From: Caecitellus pseudoparvulus
Taxonomy: Eukaryota; Protista; Bigyra: Bicosoecida
Assembly: GCA_965644315.1 (NCBI GenBank)
Contig: CBFFRQ010000096.1
Location: forward strand, 248,001 to 312,000
Length of the DNA stretch: 64,000 nt
Reading direction: 5' to 3'
The position numbers were made by a program, and so were the translations under genes. Below are positions 13,201 to 20,062 of the stretch, one piece after another; the first letter of the stretch is position 1; every line of letters starts with the position of its first letter. The notes beneath the pieces were generated by a model, which was not told the origin of the DNA, ran no database searches, and saw nothing but the letters and a program-made list of their open reading frames with translations.

Positions 13201-14873
13201 AGAAGCGTGCCCGACGACACATCCAGCACCTCGCCCCACACCGCGTCCCCCCGCCGCCACAGCTCAGCGACAAGCCCAGTGCGGAAGGACCGCAGGCGTG
13301 CTCGAGAACTGTCAAGTGAGGCCTGCGGATCGGCCAGTCGTTGCAAGGCTGCGAACATACTGGTGTTCATCCCTGCGCCGAAGGTGTCGAAGGCATCGTC
13401 ACGCAGACTGCGCGCGATGGAGTCCGCCCCCACCGCGCTGGACAGAGCAGAAAAGGCAGCTGCCTCATGGACGCCAGCCCGCGTGCGAACCCAAGCCCTG
13501 CCCTGCAACTCGGCCCACAGACCTGCTTCCAGCGACCAGCGCTGGGTCTCCTCGGTGACGAGAGTGGCTGTAGAGTTCACGAGGTTCTCCGTGGCAAAGT
13601 CCACGGAGAACGCGCTGCCTACCATGCACACGACAGAAATGAACACAACACCAAGTGTCATGACTGTCAAAATGCATGACAGTTGGATGCAGCGAAACCA
13701 GTGCGACCAGCAAGACGTGCGCACCACCTCAACTTCCGTGGACTTGGGGCGCTTCAGGCTGCCAGGTTTCTCAGACTTGGTGCTGCTTGCAGGGGTAGGC
13801 GGAGCCTTGGACGCCCCCGTGGCGCCCTTTGGCGGGGTACTGGAGCTCTTGACAGCAGTTGGCCGGGCTGCAGGAACTGAAATGCTGCTTGAGCGATCGA
13901 CGCCTTCGCTCCCCTGCAGTGGGTTCGCCACAGTCCGGACGCCTGACGATGTGCCAGATCGGACTGATCGTGCTCCACCGCCACCATCTTTTGGCACAGG
14001 TGTGCCAGCTGATGCATCTTCTCCACTTGCGCCCGATCGCTTCAGTGCGGTAAGAAGTGACCCCATGACTTTCTGGCGCCGATCAAGAGGAAGCGTGGGT
14101 TTGGGCCGCTGGGCCGCTTGTGATTTAGGAGGGGCACTTGCACCAGCTGAAGCAGCATGCTCTGATCCGAGAGCTGTTGACGACCGCAGTTCGGGGCGTG
14201 GAAGCCCTTGGGCAGTGCCAGCAGACTCTGGGCTGGCCTTGGCGGACAAGCTTGACGATGTCGGGCCCGCGCCTCGTGCACTCTTGGAGCCCCCGGCGCC
14301 CTCCTTGGGTGATGTGGGCGGCAGGATGTCTTCTTCTACGCTAGCAGATGCCATCCCTTTCGTCTTGCCTTTTGTAGGTGCAGGCTTGGCTTTCACCGCC
14401 TCTGGCGTTGGGCCAGAGCCACTGGCGCTGGGCTGTCCTTGCTCCTTCATCGCTGACAGCATGGAGCCAAGGATCTTCTTTCGCCGGGAAACGGGAATGG
14501 AGACAGGGCCGCCCTTTGCCTTGCTGGATGGTGCCGTGCTGGGGCCGGGGGAGGGAACTGCGCCAGGCGCAACTGCGCTTGGCTTGGGTGGTGGCCGTGC
14601 CGCCTGGGGAGGCTTGGAACCGGCGTCTTTGTCTGCCGGCCCGGACGGCTTGGGAGACATGACAATGGCACCAACGGACAGTCTGCCAATCTTCCCCTGC
14701 CCAGTCTTACTGATCTTCGCGCTGGCTGGCTTTGGCTTCTCCAACGAAGCTGGCCGTGGTTTGTGCGCGGATGGCGTTTCGGGGGAAGTCTCCTCGGCAG
14801 CTGTTGCCGCTGAGCGGGTCTGTGGATCCGGTGAGGAGCCCCTACACCTTTTTACATCACTGTCTGACTCCAT
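1248..14873 (-). CDS. Giant 4541-aa membrane protein: two TM-luminal domain-TM (Cache-like) modules fused to a C-terminal two-pore (2x6TM) cation channel with EF-hand
   Basis: Uninterrupted ORF. The C-terminal ~1100 aa carry two S1-S6 repeats, pore helices FSEFQSAWITMFVFVTTGENY and NFDTFESAMSTLYVLMLAESWNDIM, and linker EF-hand DDDGSGCLERKEY. Four extra hydrophobic helices lie upstream. The channel call is strong; the Cache call is tentative. Confidence 0.85.
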   Translation of the reverse strand: MESDSDVKRCRGSSPDPQTRSAATAAEETSPETPSAHKPRPASLEKPKPASAKISKTGQGKIGRLSVGAIVMSPKPSGPADKDAGSKPPQAARPPPKPSAVAPGAVPSPGPSTAPSSKAKGGPVSIPVSRRKKILGSMLSAMKEQGQPSASGSGPTPEAVKAKPAPTKGKTKGMASASVEEDILPPTSPKEGAGGSKSARGAGPTSSSLSAKASPESAGTAQGLPRPELRSSTALGSEHAASAGASAPPKSQAAQRPKPTLPLDRRQKVMGSLLTALKRSGASGEDASAGTPVPKDGGGGARSVRSGTSSGVRTVANPLQGSEGVDRSSSISVPAARPTAVKSSSTPPKGATGASKAPPTPASSTKSEKPGSLKRPKSTEVEVVRTSCWSHWFRCIQLSCILTVMTLGVVFISVVCMVGSAFSVDFATENLVNSTATLVTEETQRWSLEAGLWAELQGRAWVRTRAGVHEAAAFSALSSAVGADSIARSLRDDAFDTFGAGMNTSMFAALQRLADPQASLDSSRARLRSFRTGLVAELWRRGDAVWGEVLDVSSGTLLGGARRSAAPGASPSYVSSWASVAPRFDPAGTAPPLTAQQQLWEDLQAPVRGALHSHGSAQMSAPPASTGDNCACFFEQDWTPPAPFAHEPLSPAGAGTASTLHSPSHAADRWGAAPAQPWAQPSWWWQASASTAALASRIFLCANDDAAHPWTQVPIWYHAALLQPGEGRPSTRLPAAQLLAAASSRAHEGGALGGPGASDDPLAFLPLATKAAGSMNTTLQGSGQEPQEVARRILQRTVPTTLDPNAAVRQRGCLCAPASQPHAWLRSMVAARPYLAGVLRPNDAAGGCGSSTASLHNSSAALPASFWSVHSLAEVAGWGRDSAGATVASPAPNITGSPDDLVAVLTLRHRIPAHLGAAFTLAEAAELAGAGGPAVQEASCSGSSVVVTSLAIPLSVLSDRLHTVSGEGAAQYVDDVLASGSSLAFLSAGQRGQEDTDMCVGLSTGSFVSAQSSAADASSPSLGAPGSMAQVNELLHAPARSSMTDGAALGQGAPDPAQGTVVDATTLHGLWQLSVARAGQWLESAQLNFPGSLGSILGQASAATAVGKSSGVQAAAARRREAFAAPSEAGGMEGPVPSAGILTGEFYPLPACSGAVLSKARRRFAGTSRYRRPATDSIALAAEGTIATPFTRTVLANGLDSSQPALLRLPWQTADQADRFAAAHPLSEPLAYTAHRASRQNAALWWEGGSASAASLPDGQASSFSAPLPATSALAAWQEWYASHSRCSAKAFARPAPDADPWQSLRGMWELPAAATDQVWHCDDMSVLPAPASGSANTTGSHVMPPWTVTVAVSRTAFAGYLWYPLLVPTVLTLVILVTTLLVVAQAKYKMFTHAKAACVDCCHDLRTEDEEPASRAGSEAGPVSRPRSKAGPSARSRAKSTAGRQWTTNLLQTMADRMLDPQQDGPRSPHAPPRPRRRVSVVVGKGGKAHVCVVPDEQSAGGTPSPAHTDRRRESLGALAKRRDVDLLGSARSAAMSTASTATAATVGESVSSDAAMQLAEEEDEEELAGQNGGIGRTTLAVMFVTFGLVLVVYLQWTSAWSSAVGDLNTAVVEVQGYRAARAVQWAAAMPVALHALTQRMLGMSLPSLAPPLQPSSAASLTDAVAHLAVQPAASRAAETLPSSGRAPGIASSSAALSAALSSLSSPAQLAPSECVNGTHGAWASTAPSSACSAAAQASMQQRLDAKASPLNTTAVGRSALLRRLLAATAPASTPPPDSEAQGNAAVALQALLAGATRTAGFLACALDSAASALKVGVGLPQRFTLSAVDMEDPLASSTFLHEPDAASTAEGVSVTVSPAVAATGLVVTPAAGPPQHWVAAGGALAVHVSDGGLFTSGGTAAPPTLLFQSGHMPFMAAADVQAAAAAVASSSPVQQRTVAWGVGGGVLSLSDGTSASPMSSSHLVLTLASVLGVTTSTALSWSEQVPRPLRERASKVTQAMWSSPVGPLGLSSTRSDFTTPSARGNVDRDWYVSATETMAAVYGPFGGANGAAAELALARQPASGQSALCTADMAATALAWEAASLASGLSPMHATAAALASAGSADPPRWGPVTSFPGTMQRDVASAGAMGGTLRSSTFTQGAVTVLSRVQATATGALATASSSGSLALSGGGAVNASAVLVPIWSVSIGASALQTPSQQVGMRLMSRRLGSHTSLLGQGTQSTSGANLHVAASTTLAGAATGQVPAASWAAVHAVAASSLLGNMPSLLNTATPNGLGPDASRLALALGLGSAVQPNASASTLAAACRGAQEWGRAGWASAGTAPAPSVPDALLVNSSSGTATIVTLAATAGEMQVLGWTPSSATVFTDSLAAALVHHGVQLQRGSFAAMQASAPAQHHTLRLLPPAPATSTLLPLLAAGDAVNSAAATAAMLQPNPTVGAAWWPAVSSSLPAQGLVFSSEVGVQHLAAVASKHAASLNGHPDNELYSGISRGGICVELFGSECATPARKLAALAQQDAESSRSSTVASISLPPGNRVLITEGRSRLARSLSTRAVTLSRLLAYSQGIATTQASNTLASRFTGSFASAMTAGAADVANVGSGAVLTSMASSLASQTSALQLADMVSTQQYYGGTSPVAGSAERGLYSAASAGLWLPRLFYSLEATLFAVRQASVSPFAPPTVLSTQQAQALLPLLAPAAYGRPLPTYSDNQLSDSPPSTPTAQGGPAAALFTDSSASRGEGYILIPAGLMVASSHGASTSIDGSSGLLQRLLPTESDDVYIASVGGVFGMVSAALNVSSTQTLASLAMGRGSPFIATGGLGPRRALVHSSTLTGGVSSSTAHISAEATAAFLSVAASWATLASGSSVSSTGLSAPALARVVGLAPTAAAASLQALSGYEGPVTATSAEKQHAGFVLTQLQTWAMQAVGALALGDWASLRLGNSLDLIVHCTVHRAPLNEESDLWTNIAFIVAVGAILLSVVLTATITTALAQHARKVRAERLEAQLAAVRQALQKMSVLSPDAAGGSGLAVQQDLAVLSSSLEGKRAAKAAGAGAAPARQPLLSKTLQQVQKDQAASSISQAVRDARSMKREAKAGPLPTSPVSSAAASPQPGAIVKGPLSPRKGRMSKVAGDIVRMVRMSKVLKSGTGALATPAGRSFPKLESVGEDSPGIAESKLSAAGRARRRSSKSKRGSGLSVDVQGAASAADHPDSRRSSGRGSLRSPAARLRGAAASIMAAKRMSTLASPLSPRKSASLPPMSSPLASGMMRSSAVVSAAAAAGQKPGQTEETFDVGIWTTFRMLYPVVRGIVMEGGAWDMYRSRVAAAEQSFSASSQSLGKGKATTMNPLSTPPAATVKNPMANLRRTSTAGGTVLPLSAREQTLFRRARQFIHYYVSDAHPLETLYFEARSHWAREWSNRVVSTKSYTVTVYIFLVLFLGLAFWEAGPTASLAGTIPLTTPAAAVGAAGDLVVGVEGVDMVQSVTDLPPGVTVDGQVGRGNVLFASPASEDTLITIGSNLQAGSPSTASAGTGLATLRMRSFGGAQADSGIVSGWYLQKAYAWSLGILDRGSWGDSIDVAAQENGVPGTQESYAAGDVSSPLSGGSGVDQFGVQREDEWLRGGVLRVELLCLLILVADTLLIWYARGVRRHYVRLFDAAAPWCRRYAKWQSMHHGAVALGMDGYGAEGDSGMTPAKAALLDEEDAADAAIGTCSARVADVLYGLATCGARRRAKYYEEADGKPRAVKREGQLRTLFLVRVVLLFIFVVDWCARVFVGYRTGRTSTLLPVTAILRPLYIIARVPTLRSALGSFSSTLILARRVLALFASFLAVTAGVSIALLSSRSDLRFPVFTDDAAVAAAAGGANEDSPASSGDDAVIVASAADATLAASISALSALASNAAGMAGAVASAAGSGFQRAVSLPQALSTEGDGSGRGFSEFQSAWITMFVFVTTGENYNEVVYRASDTSSVAGGRLAVLFKPMFIVISFIGLFILVSLLIAHFQERFSESESRTREARTQKRRLALVLAFSLLDDDGSGCLERKEYARFLASSGVKTEHYEKLPDRLGPPEFVHLCEYLIVKKNFNFERRSYQSERLIFTMVTKSMNDGLRRLALLGCILRSQQWLQRFFNNELDVKFDSFILGVVIINTWAICLFGTKLGPFIDSVLPIFVLLYALELLLRIAAVGWKRFWYGKKKATRQVVTGASNPAAVAAALSRTRSTESMPSPTGSSHAVHMARTGSLRRIPSSGGAAGSSRMNAAAAAAAAAAASAGSSDDAPEEKQAPFQTAANRYDFFIIVLTIIVALASLFVTTSSTGGFQARLDSVDADSLQTLQVNDLARLSMVLPVLRLFSVVHATRALVFGLIAQAHKFLSILALLLLVMYAFAVLGIWAFAGLMSDLPPSVVGIMRNANFDTFESAMSTLYVLMLAESWNDIMYALVDASNSINPAFYFMAYVALVAVLFSQVFVGITIDVAIEIERERENADDVDEGFTRFMAAYGDRIADESDDDDVEGLLSALKEALEGGSEDDEDEEVTVIG

Positions 14874-15408
14874 GGGCAGCTAGCTGGTCCCGCAACCTCT
14901 CTCAGCGCGCACGTCAGTGAATCCAAGATGTCGCAGCGACACGCAGCGCTGCCTCACGCTCGGAGTGCGTTGGCTGCCCTCGGCACGACTGTTCGGGCAC
15001 AGGCAAGCGAAAACCAGGCCAAGGTACCTTATCGAGTGTCTGCGCCAAGCAGAGGGAACCGCCCAAGGCTGCAGCACTGGAAAACTGCGTGCGCTGGGTG
15101 GACTTGGCAACTTCCTGGCCAGGCCAAGGAAAGCTTCCGAGCTCTCCCGACAAACGTTGGTGTAGAACTTGAAGCCACGGGAGTCTGTAGCCTTTCACAC
15201 AAGGTGCACCGTGAGGGACGCACGCTTCGCGCAATGTGGCGTCCGTTCTATATTGCATGCCTTGCAATCCAGCCTGCTGCAAGGCTGGAGAACCTGACAC
15301 CACGAACTGCACTCTCCCTGTCTAACCCCGCCTTGCTGACGCGGAGCGTTTGGTTCAGGCGGGTCAGTGCAAAGTGCAGGTGTGCCGCGCCTCCAAGCAG
15401 CGTCCACC

Positions 15409-18297
15409 ATGGCCACTCTGAGAGAGCGCATCGCCGCCCAGCGCACACAGTACATCCTCCGAAAAACATCAGCATCAGCCCCAGGCTCAGAAGATCATGC
15501 GAGAAGCATGCCTGCGCCAGCTGGGTTCAGCAGCACCAATTTCCGCACACGGCGAACTTTCCAGTGGGACAGCTCCTCCAGTGACGATGAGGCGGAGGTG
15601 CAAGAGCGAAAGCAGCATTCACGCAGTAGCACAGCACGTTCCCAGCGGCATGGGCTGCAGCCATCCTTGAGTGGAGCGCCCAGCCCTGCCCATCCAAGCG
15701 AGCGTCACAGCTGGCGTTTGGGCCAAAGCTCACCGGCACTCGCAGCAGGTGCTGAGGCTCCCCAGCGCGCACCAAGGACGCCTGGATCCCATGTTCTTGA
15801 TAGTGGCAGCTCGAGCCCAAGGTCTAGCCCCTTGAGTGCCTCCACTGCCGCCGAGGCCAGCAGGGCCGCGTCTGAAGTGCTGAGCGCTGCGCTGACCCCA
15901 AGACAGGTGCGGCGCGCGGCGCTGGAGGCCCACACTGCAAACATGCAGGGGGAGCTGTCCCTGGCCCACCAACTCATAGACAAGCTCAGCAGCGAGTTGC
16001 TGCGTGCGACTGCTGAAGCCGAAGCACAAGCCAAGAGCGCACAGCAAGTCCGCACTGTGTCGGCGCCCGCCACGCCAGCCGCCCCCCCTCCATCTCAGCG
16101 CACAGACAAGAGCAAGCTCCGAGCTGCGGAGGCGCTGAACGCCAGGCTGCAGCAGGAGCTAGATGTGGCCCATGACACCATCGCAGACTTGCGCACGGGC
16201 TTGCAGCGGGCAGAGGTAGCAGCTGCCTCTGCAGTCCAAACTGCTGCAGCAGCACGCGCAGAAGTTCGGGGTGCCGTGGCTTCTGACGAGCGAGTGCAGC
16301 GTGAGATCACCCGCCTGCGCCGAGTCTTTGCTGGGCGGGTGGAGGAAGTGTCCGCAGAGCGGGACACAGCCCTGCAGCAGGTGCGGTCCCTCACAGCCGA
16401 AGCTGCCCTGCTTCGGGCACAGGCTGGCGCAACCTCACAAACCGCCACCTCAACTGCCCAGCAAAGTAGCATTCTAGAACAGCGACTTTTGCAGGCACAA
16501 AGTGAGCTCCGTCAGACCGAGGCACAAGCTATGCAGCACAAACAGTGCGCTCAGGACACGCAGCGCCTCCTGGACGAGGCGGTGGAGCGGAGCCGCAAGC
16601 TGGAGTCACAGCTCCTGGAGCAGCGGAGTGTGGCGGCCAAGGCCCGAGAGGACGCCGCGGCCGCGAAAGCCGCCTCGGACGACACGTCTCGGCGAGTCTC
16701 TCTGCACATGTCGCAAGCGGTGCAAGCACAAGCCTCTGCGTTCACTGAGGAGGCCATTTTGCTTGCGCTGCAAGGCACGTTCACGTGGGATCAAGTCCGC
16801 CAAGCTGAAGAAAGCGCTGAACGCAACATTAGGCGGGAGGTGGACTCTGTTGTTCGTGATTTGCAGCTCAGTCTTCAGCAGGCGCAAGACCAGCTGGAGG
16901 CTCAATCACTTCGCGCAAACTCCCTAGCGCAAGAGCTACAGTCAGCGCAGCTTGAAGCACAAGCGTCATCAGCTGCCCTTGAGGAGCTGCGAAGCCATGG
17001 TCTTCGTCAACATGCTAGCCAGGACAGTGCAGTGCTGGATGCGGTGCAGAAGGACAAGGCAGAGCTGGCGGCGTCCCTGGATGCGGTGCAGAAGGACAAG
17101 GCAGAGCTGGCGGCGTCCCTGGATGCGGTGCAGAAGGACAAGGCAGAGCTGGCGGCGTCCCTGGATGCGGTGCAGAAGGACAAGGCAGAGCTGGCGGCGT
17201 CCCTGGATGCGGTGCAGAAGGACAAGGCAGAGCTGGCGGCGTCCCTGGATGCGGTGCAGAAGGACAAGGCAGAGCTGGCGGCGTCCCTGGATGCGGTGCA
17301 GAAGGACAAGGCAGAGCTGGCGGCGTCCCTGGATGCGGTGCAGAAGGACAAGGCAGAGCTGGCGGCGTCCCTGGATGCGGTGCAGAAGGACAAGGCAGAG
17401 CTGGCGGCGTCCCTGGATGCGGTGCAGAAGGACAAGGCAGAGCTGGCGGCGTCCCTGGATGCGGTGCAGAAGGACAAGGCAGAGCTGGCGGCGTCCCTGG
17501 ATGCGGTGCAGAAGGACAAGGCAGAGCTGGCGGCGTCCCTGGATGCGGTGCAGAAGGACACGACAGAAAGTGTTGAAAAGGGGATGCATGAGAGCCTTGT
17601 GTCTGAACTGAAGCAGGAGATAGCTGATCTGAGCTCGCAACTTCAGGCAAGCAAGGCAACTGTTCGAGACTTGGAAGGTGCTGTAAGCGCTGCCAAGGGC
17701 AGAGCACAGGTGGCTGGCACACGTGCAGATGAACTCCATGGACAGCTTTCTGCCGCAACGACTGCCAAAGACCAAGCAGAAGAAGCTCTCAAGACTATTC
17801 AATCATCCCATGAACATGCCCAACAAGCTCTTCAAGGCAAGGAAGCTGCTTGTCGTGCACTGGAAGAGCAGGTGGTATCGTTGAAGTCTCAGTTGGCTGA
17901 GCTGCGCGCCACGAAGTCACCAGCGGCAGCGCCAGGTCCACAGCGGCCTGCCGCCTCAGGCATCAGACCTGTTGGTGGAGCTGTGCCCGCTGCACTACCG
18001 ACAAAGCCCGCGCCTACAAAAGGTGGCACATTCAAGCCACGTCCTCCCCCTGCAGGTCCCCCGCCCGGGCAGTCGTCCAAGTCAGGGTCTCCTCCTCCGG
18101 CAGATGCAGCCGCTGCCGAAGCCATGCTGGACGATCTCCCGGACATTGATGACTTTGGCTCTGGCCCCCCCACGCCCAAGACGAAGCCCCCACCCTTAAG
18201 AAAACCCAAACTCCCTGGCTCTGCAAAGCCTCTATCGTCAGCATTGAAGCCTGGCCCGGCAGGACCACCCGGGCCACGACCTCCACCGCCAAAGTGA
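15409..18297 (+). CDS. Long coiled-coil protein with 14-aa tandem repeat and Pro-rich C-terminus, function unknown
   Basis: ATG at 15409 (context CCACCATGG); A/E/Q/L heptad-rich sequence; LDAVQKDKAELAAS repeats; poly-Pro tail. Confidence 0.75.
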   Translation: MATLRERIAAQRTQYILRKTSASAPGSEDHARSMPAPAGFSSTNFRTRRTFQWDSSSSDDEAEVQERKQHSRSSTARSQRHGLQPSLSGAPSPAHPSERHSWRLGQSSPALAAGAEAPQRAPRTPGSHVLDSGSSSPRSSPLSASTAAEASRAASEVLSAALTPRQVRRAALEAHTANMQGELSLAHQLIDKLSSELLRATAEAEAQAKSAQQVRTVSAPATPAAPPPSQRTDKSKLRAAEALNARLQQELDVAHDTIADLRTGLQRAEVAAASAVQTAAAARAEVRGAVASDERVQREITRLRRVFAGRVEEVSAERDTALQQVRSLTAEAALLRAQAGATSQTATSTAQQSSILEQRLLQAQSELRQTEAQAMQHKQCAQDTQRLLDEAVERSRKLESQLLEQRSVAAKAREDAAAAKAASDDTSRRVSLHMSQAVQAQASAFTEEAILLALQGTFTWDQVRQAEESAERNIRREVDSVVRDLQLSLQQAQDQLEAQSLRANSLAQELQSAQLEAQASSAALEELRSHGLRQHASQDSAVLDAVQKDKAELAASLDAVQKDKAELAASLDAVQKDKAELAASLDAVQKDKAELAASLDAVQKDKAELAASLDAVQKDKAELAASLDAVQKDKAELAASLDAVQKDKAELAASLDAVQKDKAELAASLDAVQKDKAELAASLDAVQKDKAELAASLDAVQKDKAELAASLDAVQKDTTESVEKGMHESLVSELKQEIADLSSQLQASKATVRDLEGAVSAAKGRAQVAGTRADELHGQLSAATTAKDQAEEALKTIQSSHEHAQQALQGKEAACRALEEQVVSLKSQLAELRATKSPAAAPGPQRPAASGIRPVGGAVPAALPTKPAPTKGGTFKPRPPPAGPPPGQSSKSGSPPPADAAAAEAMLDDLPDIDDFGSGPPTPKTKPPPLRKPKLPGSAKPLSSALKPGPAGPPGPRPPPPK
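17035..17560 (+). repeat. Perfect coding tandem repeat, 42-bp unit x12.5
   Basis: Unit CTGGATGCGGTGCAGAAGGACAAGGCAGAGCTGGCGGCGTCC repeated 12 times plus 22 bp, no visible variation. Confidence 0.97.
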
Positions 18298-18764
18298 TTT
18301 GAGCAGGCCTCGGTGGGTTACTTGAATTGGAATGCATCGGGGAACTCGAGCGAATCCTATGCAAGACTCAGGAAGAAAAAACACTCAGGCTGGCAGTGCT
18401 GCTGCCTGGGGTCTAGTGGCTTGTGACTCGGCTCAGTGCACGGTGCGTCTCTCCGGCATGTACGTCGACGCCAGCGCCACCCCCCCTCAGCGGTGGCTGT
18501 TGCCCCCCTGCAGAATGTAGCAGAAACCCTCTGACGGCACTATCAAAAACAACGCACAAACTTCAAGGGCTACGTTCACGCACCTATTTGGGCTGAGATG
18601 CGGTGCATGTCCTTGGCATGCGCGCATCCCGCCAGATGAGGGCTTGGAGAAGTGCAGTGCACTTGGCTGTCAGTTGCGGCCGCAAGACCTTTCGCCATCC
18701 TGCCCCCCCGTGATTATCGTGAGTGCCCGCAGCTTCAGCAATGCGTGTCTAGTCCATGTGTGTG

Positions 18765-18883
18765 TGAGCAGTGACGATTCGATGACGAGACCGACCGGGA
18801 CTCCTCAGCGTTATGTTGTTGTGTTCCGCATGCCCCTCGGGGCATGCTATGATGCATATTTTGAGGCATTTGTCTGAGCCACA
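18765..18883 (+). ncRNA. SNORD15: Box C/D snoRNA, U15 (SNORD15; snR13/snR75 targets) homolog
   Basis: C box GTGACGA at 18771; guide GATGACGAG + D' CCGA; guide GAGGCATTTG + D box CTGA at 18874. Both guides complement LSU CAAAUGCCUCGUCAUC. The D+5 rule gives yeast Am2281 and Gm2288 equivalents. Confidence 0.9.
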
Positions 18884-19047
18884 CCACACTACAGCGGTTG
18901 AACAAGTGTGCATTAGTTGTGCATAGCAGTGTCATCACTTCCACCCCGCCCTCTTTCCCAGATCACGCTACACCTGTTGACAGGCTGAGTGGGAGTGGCT
19001 GGTGTGGCTTTGAAGGTGAGTGTGGAGGCCACAGGCCCCAGCAGCAG

Positions 19048-19122
19048 CAGCTGTGAGGACAGTATTTGCTACTCTTGATTCCATAAATGACGACATTTAC
19101 AATCACCAAGATCTCTGAGCTC
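19048..19122 (+). ncRNA. SNORD24: Box C/D snoRNA, U24 (SNORD24/snR24) homolog
   Basis: C GTGAGGA at 19053; guide TATTTGCTAC + D' TTGA; C' ATGACGA; guide CACCAAGATCT + D CTGA at 19115. Complements LSU AGAUCUUGGUG and GUAGCAAAUA (yeast Cm1437, Am1449). Confidence 0.9.
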
Positions 19123-19292
19123 CGCCCTCGAAACGGATGCCAGGATCGCTTCCCGAGTTTGAAGCCATCCACACCTCTTGCCCTTCTCGACACAGGCGCT
19201 GAGAAAAAGCACCTGCACGCTCACTGCGGCCCCGACACCCCCTTAACTATAATAATGTGAGTCATGTGGTCCCTCGTTTCTGCCTCCTTTGC

Positions 19293-19394
19293 CAGCGATG
19301 ATGAAAACGGTGGATGGGCACGGCTCGCCGCTGTGCTTCTCGAGGCTTTTGCCACTGAAGACCATAACGAACCACCTGCCTTCCTCCAGAGCTG
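19293..19394 (+). ncRNA. Candidate box C/D snoRNA guiding SSU Am420-equivalent (snR52/SNORD83-type target)
   Basis: Terminal stem CAGC/GCTG; C ATGATGA at 19298; guide CTGCCTTCCT complementary to SSU AGGAAGGCAG; non-canonical D box CAGA at 19387. D+5 falls on yeast A420. Confidence 0.55.
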
Positions 19395-19664
19395 TGTGTT
19401 GTTTGCTTGTGTCGTGCAGCGGCGATGTGAGTCGCTGATGTTCTCGGTTGAAACGCATAGTTCACTCTGTAGGGCCGCACGCCCGCTGCGGAGAACACCA
19501 ACCTTCGACTGAGACTCTGCATGTCCTGCTGTGCTTGTTGGGGATGCCTATGACGAGTTGACGTTCCTCTCCATGATGGATATCGTGATTTCACATACGC
19601 ATAGCGGGCTGGCTCAACCAAGCCATGTCCGCGCCCCGAGGCGTTGTCCCCCTGTGGTTGTGCT

Positions 19665-19746
19665 GGCTCATGACGAATTGTGAACCGGGAATCTCTCTGA
19701 TCTATAATGATTATTAAAAATCACGTGTCATCTTTGAACCGAAGCC
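19665..19746 (+). ncRNA. SNORD79: Box C/D snoRNA, U79 (SNORD79)-like
   Basis: Stem GGCT/AGCC; C ATGACGA at 19670; guide GGGAATCTC-T + D' CTGA at 19697 (complements LSU GAGAUUCCC); C' ATGATTA; D CCGA at 19739. Confidence 0.8.
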
Positions 19747-19861
19747 GCCTTCCACCCCCTTTTTCAGGTACTTTGCAACTCTCGCATCCAAGGCTTGTTG
19801 TTTTCCCCGAGCTCAGTCGATCAAAAAGGTGTGTGCATGTCACTTGGCAGGTCTTTCGAAG

Positions 19862-19954
19862 CAGAAAATGATGATTCGCTTAATCGCGATTCGACTAGAG
19901 TCGCTGAAACTTCTTTCTATCATGTTGATATACACCCTTGGCTGTCTGATCCTG
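19862..19954 (+). ncRNA. SNORD53: Box C/D snoRNA, U53/snoR37-like double guide
   Basis: C ATGATGA at 19868; guide GACTAGAGTC + D' CTGA (LSU GACUCUAG, yeast Um2421 site); C' ATGTTGA; guide CCCTTGGCTGT + D CTGA (LSU ACAGCCAAGGG). Confidence 0.9.
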
Positions 19955-20062
19955 CTACTGCCTGCTGCGCCAAGCGACTGCCTCATTGCGCGGCGATGAA
20001 CCATACCCCCCCACCCTTTGCAGAGTGCGTGGTTCTGCCCTCATGACCTGCTGTCCTCGGCA

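Noticed and set aside
17035-17560. 42-bp repeat array as CRISPR
   Set aside because: No spacers, in-frame coding, eukaryotic context, no cas genes.
18650-18664. 15-bp near-palindrome AAGTGCAGTGCACTT, repeated at 50229-50243, as a shared promoter element
   Set aside because: The second copy lies inside a predicted CLC intron; two copies are insufficient evidence.
19244-19252. TAACTATAA resembling the start of an I-CeuI/LSU rRNA site
   Set aside because: Only 9 bp match and there is no rRNA context.
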